Assembly: GCA_963833555.1 (NCBI GenBank)
Contig: CAWHYB010000006.1
Location: 45,331-109,330, forward strand
Direction: 5' to 3'
Source of the DNA: an uncultured Actinomycetes bacterium
GTDB lineage: Bacteria; Actinomycetota; Thermoleophilia; UBA2241
DNA length: 64,000 nt
The translations under genes were made by a program, and so were the position numbers. Below the pieces are notes generated by a model. It saw nothing but the letters and a program-made list of their open reading frames with translations, did not search any database and was not told where the DNA came from. Below, piece by piece: positions 60,436 to 64,000 of the stretch (its first letter is position 1; every line of letters starts with the position of its first letter).

Positions 60436-61080
60436 CTAGAACAAGTCCGTGACGGTCACCGACAGCGCCTCGTCGACCCGCTCGGGGCAGTCGGACGCAG
60501 TGACGTCGCACCACGCGCACTCCGAGGCGCTCGCGGCCTTCGGCGGCGCCTCGGCGGCCGCGGCGACGTCCATGTACTCCTTCAGCATGGCGCGGAAGCG
60601 GTCGTCGACCTCGGACGCCGCGATCGCGACCGCGTCGTCGCGGTACTGCACCTCGCCGCGCAGCCGCCGGCCCCGGCAGTGCACGACGCTGGCCGGCAGC
60701 GCGACCATGTAGGTGAGCACCTGCAGCTTGTCGGAGGTGCGCTCCTTGCCGGTCTTGCAGTCGATCACGAAGGCGTCGTCGCCCTTGACGGCCACGATGT
60801 CGGCCTTGCCGGCCAGCGTGGCCCCGCTGGCGCCCTTGAGCTTGAAGGCGTTCTGGCCCTCGAGGTAGACCGCGTAGCCCTGCGCCCGCAGCTCGTCGGC
60901 GCGGGCGTGGAGGAGCTGCGTGTGCTCGGCCGTCCACCTGGCCAGGTCGAAGTCGCTGGGCAGCTTGGCGTAGGAGTGGTTGGCCCGGAACCAGAGCTTC
61001 CAGCGGCACGACTCCTCGCCGGCCATCTGCTTGGTCAGCCAGGTGACCCAGACGTAGGTGCTCGATCGTGGTTCGGCCAT
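60436..61080 (-). CDS. PD-(D/E)XK (RecB/Cas4-like) nuclease with a four-Cys Fe-S staple
   Basis: N-terminal SCRWKLW Cys; GKAD, IDCKTG, QVLTY motifs; C-terminal CAWC-x6-C. Confidence 0.85.
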   Translation of the reverse strand: MAEPRSSTYVWVTWLTKQMAGEESCRWKLWFRANHSYAKLPSDFDLARWTAEHTQLLHARADELRAQGYAVYLEGQNAFKLKGASGATLAGKADIVAVKGDDAFVIDCKTGKERTSDKLQVLTYMVALPASVVHCRGRRLRGEVQYRDDAVAIAASEVDDRFRAMLKEYMDVAAAAEAPPKAASASECAWCDVTASDCPERVDEALSVTVTDLF

Positions 61081-61184
61081 GGCGTGACTCCCGGGATCGC
61101 CGCAGGGACTACAAGGCTACTCGCGGGCGGGGACGGAAGAAAGGGGCGCCGCCGGCGGCGAGTTCGGCGAGGATGAGCTGCCAA

Positions 61185-63191
61185 CTACTCGGCGGAGAGC
61201 ATACGGATGCCGCACTCCTGCAGCCAGCCTGCGGTCTCATCGAGTTCGGGCATCGGCGGGATGAAGATGATCGAGCAGTCACGCCCGCGGGTGAGCAGCA
61301 CGCGATAGGCGTTCAGGCGGAGCTGGAAGGGATCCCGAACGTGAGCTGAACGAGCGTGCCGTTTCGCCCAGGCGTTGGACCACCGGCTACGAGCGCGCAC
61401 GAGGTCCAAGCCCCACGCGAGCAGGACGCCGTCGAGCTCCAGCCCCTGGGCGCCGAACTCGGTCACGCAATCTCGCAGATGGCGACAGGAGTACTGACTC
61501 GCGTGTTCGTTGTCGCCGTACCACGGTCCGAGGCGCAGGTTCTTCGTGTCATGCCATCCGTTGCGCACGCCCCAGTCTTCGAGCGCTTTGTCTCGGGATG
61601 AGGCTAGCAGGCCGAAACGAGCCTCCGGCGCGTCCGCGTAGCGAGCGCGCAGATAGTGACGCGCCTCGTTGAGGTCGCGCGTCATGCGCAGATGGTAGGC
61701 CTGCTGTTCAAGGCGGCTGGCCAGCTCGCGACAGTGCGCGGCGACTGAGCCCGCCTCGCCTTCGCACACCTCGTCCGGCCAGGCGCGATCATCCGCCAGT
61801 AGCCCGTCGACCCAGGCGTCGAGATCGGAACAGAAGTGGAAGCGGAGTTCGACTTGCAGGTCCAGCGCCTCGTCGGCAGTCAGCAGGGCGGGAAGGGTGG
61901 CGCCATCGCTATCGTCGCCGGCAAAGAACTCATCCAAGACCCGCTGTGGCGCATGGACAGTCCAGTCGTCGGGTCGACCGGCCTCAGCGAGCGCGCCGCG
62001 CCACTGTCCGAGACCCGCCTCCTCTCCGGTGTTGATCTCCTGGCCGGAACCGATGAGCCCAACGAGCACGCACCATTCCGGGATGCGCTCGCCGAATTCC
62101 ACGAACGCCTCTGGTTCAGAGCGGTGCTGACGCAGCTCGGGGTGCTTGGCGATCACCTGATCAAGGTCCCAAGCACGCTGTGCCTCGTCGTAGACAATCA
62201 CGTGCTGCGGAGGCACCGCGGCCTTGTCGCCGAGGTACTGCTTGACGTAGTTCTTCACGTCGCGAACGAAGGTCTTGCCACTGCCGCCAGCGTCGCGCAG
62301 CTCGTACTGCAGCACCTGCACCAGCGGTCCGTTCCCCGAGAGGAAGATCGCCGGCGCGGACGGTTTGCCGCCAGCACGCTCCACCGCGAGGTCATCCAGA
62401 GCGGGGTTGTGGACGGCGCTGAGCCCGACAAGGGTCTTGCCCGACCCGGGTACCCCCGTGACGAGCACGAGATGCCGTGAATGCGTGTGCGCGGCCTCGT
62501 GGGCGATGCGAGCGATCTCATCGATGGCCGGCTGGGTTGCGGCGCGGGCACGATGAATCGGTCTGATCTTGTTGTCCAAGAACAGCTCGCGAGCGGCCTG
62601 GACGAGAGTGGGGAGTGGGCAGTACGCGTCACGCGCAAGGAACTCATCGGCGGTCAGTGCACCATCGTCCCACGGTCGCTGGAGATCCTGGATCAGCTCG
62701 TGGAGGGCGTCGGGGCCGGCGATGTGAACGCCATCGTGCACCCCTGCGTACCCGTGCGCCCGCGTCGGCACGACGACCGCATGAACTTCTCGTTCGGCAC
62801 AGTGTCGGTGATAACAGCGAAGGTCGCGCGCATACGCGGCCGCTTGGTCGAGATCCGCCTGTTCGGGTTCTTGCTTGCCCTTGAGCTCGAGGACAACGAT
62901 CGCGCCACTGACGAGCAGCACGACGTCGGGTCGCCGCGACTCCATCGGCAGTTCGTACTCGAGAATGGCAGTGTAGGAGTCGGCGAGGTCGTCGAGGACG
63001 ACGACCTCGCCGACCTCATGCTGGAGTTTCGGAATCGACTCGTCCCAGGCGAAGACTTGCGACTCGCTCACATCGGCGAGGAAATCCTCGAGCGAGATGC
63101 GGACGATCCTGGGCTCGGTCTGCGAGAACGTCGGGAAGTCGCTCTCCCAACCGCAGCGAGCGCGTGCCGCGTCACTCGGCTTGATCACCAC
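61185..63191 (-). CDS. DUF2075 (Schlafen group 3-type helicase) protein with an N-terminal PD-(D/E)XK nuclease domain
   Basis: RRPDVVL...LELKG...QAAAY nuclease; GVPGSGKT Walker A, YDEAQRAW Walker B, GSGQEI, EFGAQGLELD, NAYRVLLTRGR. Confidence 0.88.
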   Translation of the reverse strand: MVIKPSDAARARCGWESDFPTFSQTEPRIVRISLEDFLADVSESQVFAWDESIPKLQHEVGEVVVLDDLADSYTAILEYELPMESRRPDVVLLVSGAIVVLELKGKQEPEQADLDQAAAYARDLRCYHRHCAEREVHAVVVPTRAHGYAGVHDGVHIAGPDALHELIQDLQRPWDDGALTADEFLARDAYCPLPTLVQAARELFLDNKIRPIHRARAATQPAIDEIARIAHEAAHTHSRHLVLVTGVPGSGKTLVGLSAVHNPALDDLAVERAGGKPSAPAIFLSGNGPLVQVLQYELRDAGGSGKTFVRDVKNYVKQYLGDKAAVPPQHVIVYDEAQRAWDLDQVIAKHPELRQHRSEPEAFVEFGERIPEWCVLVGLIGSGQEINTGEEAGLGQWRGALAEAGRPDDWTVHAPQRVLDEFFAGDDSDGATLPALLTADEALDLQVELRFHFCSDLDAWVDGLLADDRAWPDEVCEGEAGSVAAHCRELASRLEQQAYHLRMTRDLNEARHYLRARYADAPEARFGLLASSRDKALEDWGVRNGWHDTKNLRLGPWYGDNEHASQYSCRHLRDCVTEFGAQGLELDGVLLAWGLDLVRARSRWSNAWAKRHARSAHVRDPFQLRLNAYRVLLTRGRDCSIIFIPPMPELDETAGWLQECGIRMLSAE

Positions 63192-63445
63192 GTTGTCGCG
63201 ACTGTCCGCCCCCGGTTCACGATAGTGACCCTACGGCAGCGCCGCTACGACGGCAATCGATCTGTTCTCCACAAGGGTTCCGATCATCGTCAACTGCTTG
63301 ATAGAAGGCTCGCTCCCAGTGGGCCGACGGGGCTCCGAGCGGTTCGCTCTGCGATACAGCCGATCGCACTGTGCACTAGACGATCCTATTTTGATCGTGG
63401 GAGACTCGCCCCAGGCGGACCGAACCCCGAGCCGAGGAGGTTTCC

Positions 63446-63958
63446 ATGGGCGAGCTTCTCGCAGTCGCGTGCGAGTCCTGCGATGACCCGATGATCCCCA
63501 ACGTCAGCACACTCGACGACGATGGTTGCGGCTGGATCTGCATCAACCCGGTCTGTCCGCAGCAGCATGCCGAGGAACTCGAGCCCGGCGACCTCGTGGA
63601 GGCTGGCGTGCCCGCCTACCTCGCCGGCAGGCTGGCGCGGCTTATCGACTCCTATGTGGAGCGCGATCGGGTGCCATTCAGCTCTCACGAGCGGGCGCGG
63701 GTCGTCAGTGTGTCGCTCATCGATCAGGTTCGCGAGCTGCGGCGGCGCGCGGGACGCGCCGCCGCAGACGCCGAGCGGCTCGGCGACGACCTGGTGGTGC
63801 CATTCACGAGCAACGACTTCAGTGTCGCACAAGAGAGCAAGCAGGCCTTGGCCATCGCCGCCGCGCTCTGCCGTTCGTTGCAGCGTGGCGCCGAAGATGT
63901 GGAGCAGCATCTGACTTCGATCGATCCGCAGCTCGACGGGCTGCAAGGTTGGGTCTAG
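63446..63958 (+). CDS. Hypothetical protein with an N-terminal zinc-ribbon-like motif and a helical C-terminus
   Basis: AGGAGG RBS 5 nt upstream; CESC...CGWICINPVC; amphipathic/coiled-coil C-half. Confidence 0.7.
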   Translation: MGELLAVACESCDDPMIPNVSTLDDDGCGWICINPVCPQQHAEELEPGDLVEAGVPAYLAGRLARLIDSYVERDRVPFSSHERARVVSVSLIDQVRELRRRAGRAAADAERLGDDLVVPFTSNDFSVAQESKQALAIAAALCRSLQRGAEDVEQHLTSIDPQLDGLQGWV

Positions 63959-64000
63959 GGACCCGCCTTTGTTCTGGCGGTCAGTAGCAATGGGCAGCTC

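Noticed and set aside
60436-61080. CRISPR-Cas locus
   Set aside because: The Cas4-like gene is solo; there is no cas1/cas2 and no repeat-spacer array was seen in the window.
59659-61176. 505-aa NYN fusion protein from the ORF track
   Set aside because: An indel near 60352 bypasses the natural stop at 60387-60389; the extension is just the antisense of the nuclease gene.

Overview
High-GC (roughly 70%) bacterial chromosomal segment. Gene content, codon style and U-tract-less GC terminators fit an uncultured, probably anaerobic or facultative actinomycete (Thermoleophilia/Coriobacteriia-like; inference). There are no rRNA or tRNA genes, CRISPR arrays, integrases or transposases. Many conserved genes are split by single-base indels in patches (about 5.6-7.0, 10.0-15.2, 30.3, 35.6-38.2, 44.0-48.2, 56.7 and 60.35 kb); these are most simply long-read assembly errors, so the genes are annotated as probably intact. 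Main blocks: (1) 0.1-4.7 kb: cell-wall hydrolase, M29 aminopeptidase and a REC/diguanylate cyclase pair. (2) 4.7-7.4 kb: an extracytosolic flavinylation module (ferric-reductase-like/NAD-binding protein, FMN-binding protein, ApbE). (3) 8.1-15.2 kb: a five-gene redox operon joining a HydABC/Bfu-type NuoE-NuoF-NuoG-like trio, whose A subunit lacks a catalytic site, to a canonical NfnAB pair. (4) 15-45 kb: mixed regulatory and metabolic genes. (5) 45-54 kb: a cluster of secreted/surface proteins (beta-propellers, BNR, SGNH-like/GH99 fusion, phosphoesterase-CBM32). (6) 55.9-64 kb: a variable, defence-island-like region with a diverged duplicate of a nuclease gene's 3' end, a structured leader plus secreted amidohydrolase, a TacAT-type GNAT toxin-antitoxin pair, a purF 3' stub, an NYN RNase preceded by a two-hairpin RNA, a Cas4-like Fe-S nuclease and a DUF2075 nuclease-helicase. 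The best candidates for something new are the Bfu-NfnAB operon, the DUF2075 plus Cas4-like pair, and the hairpin-RNA plus NYN unit.
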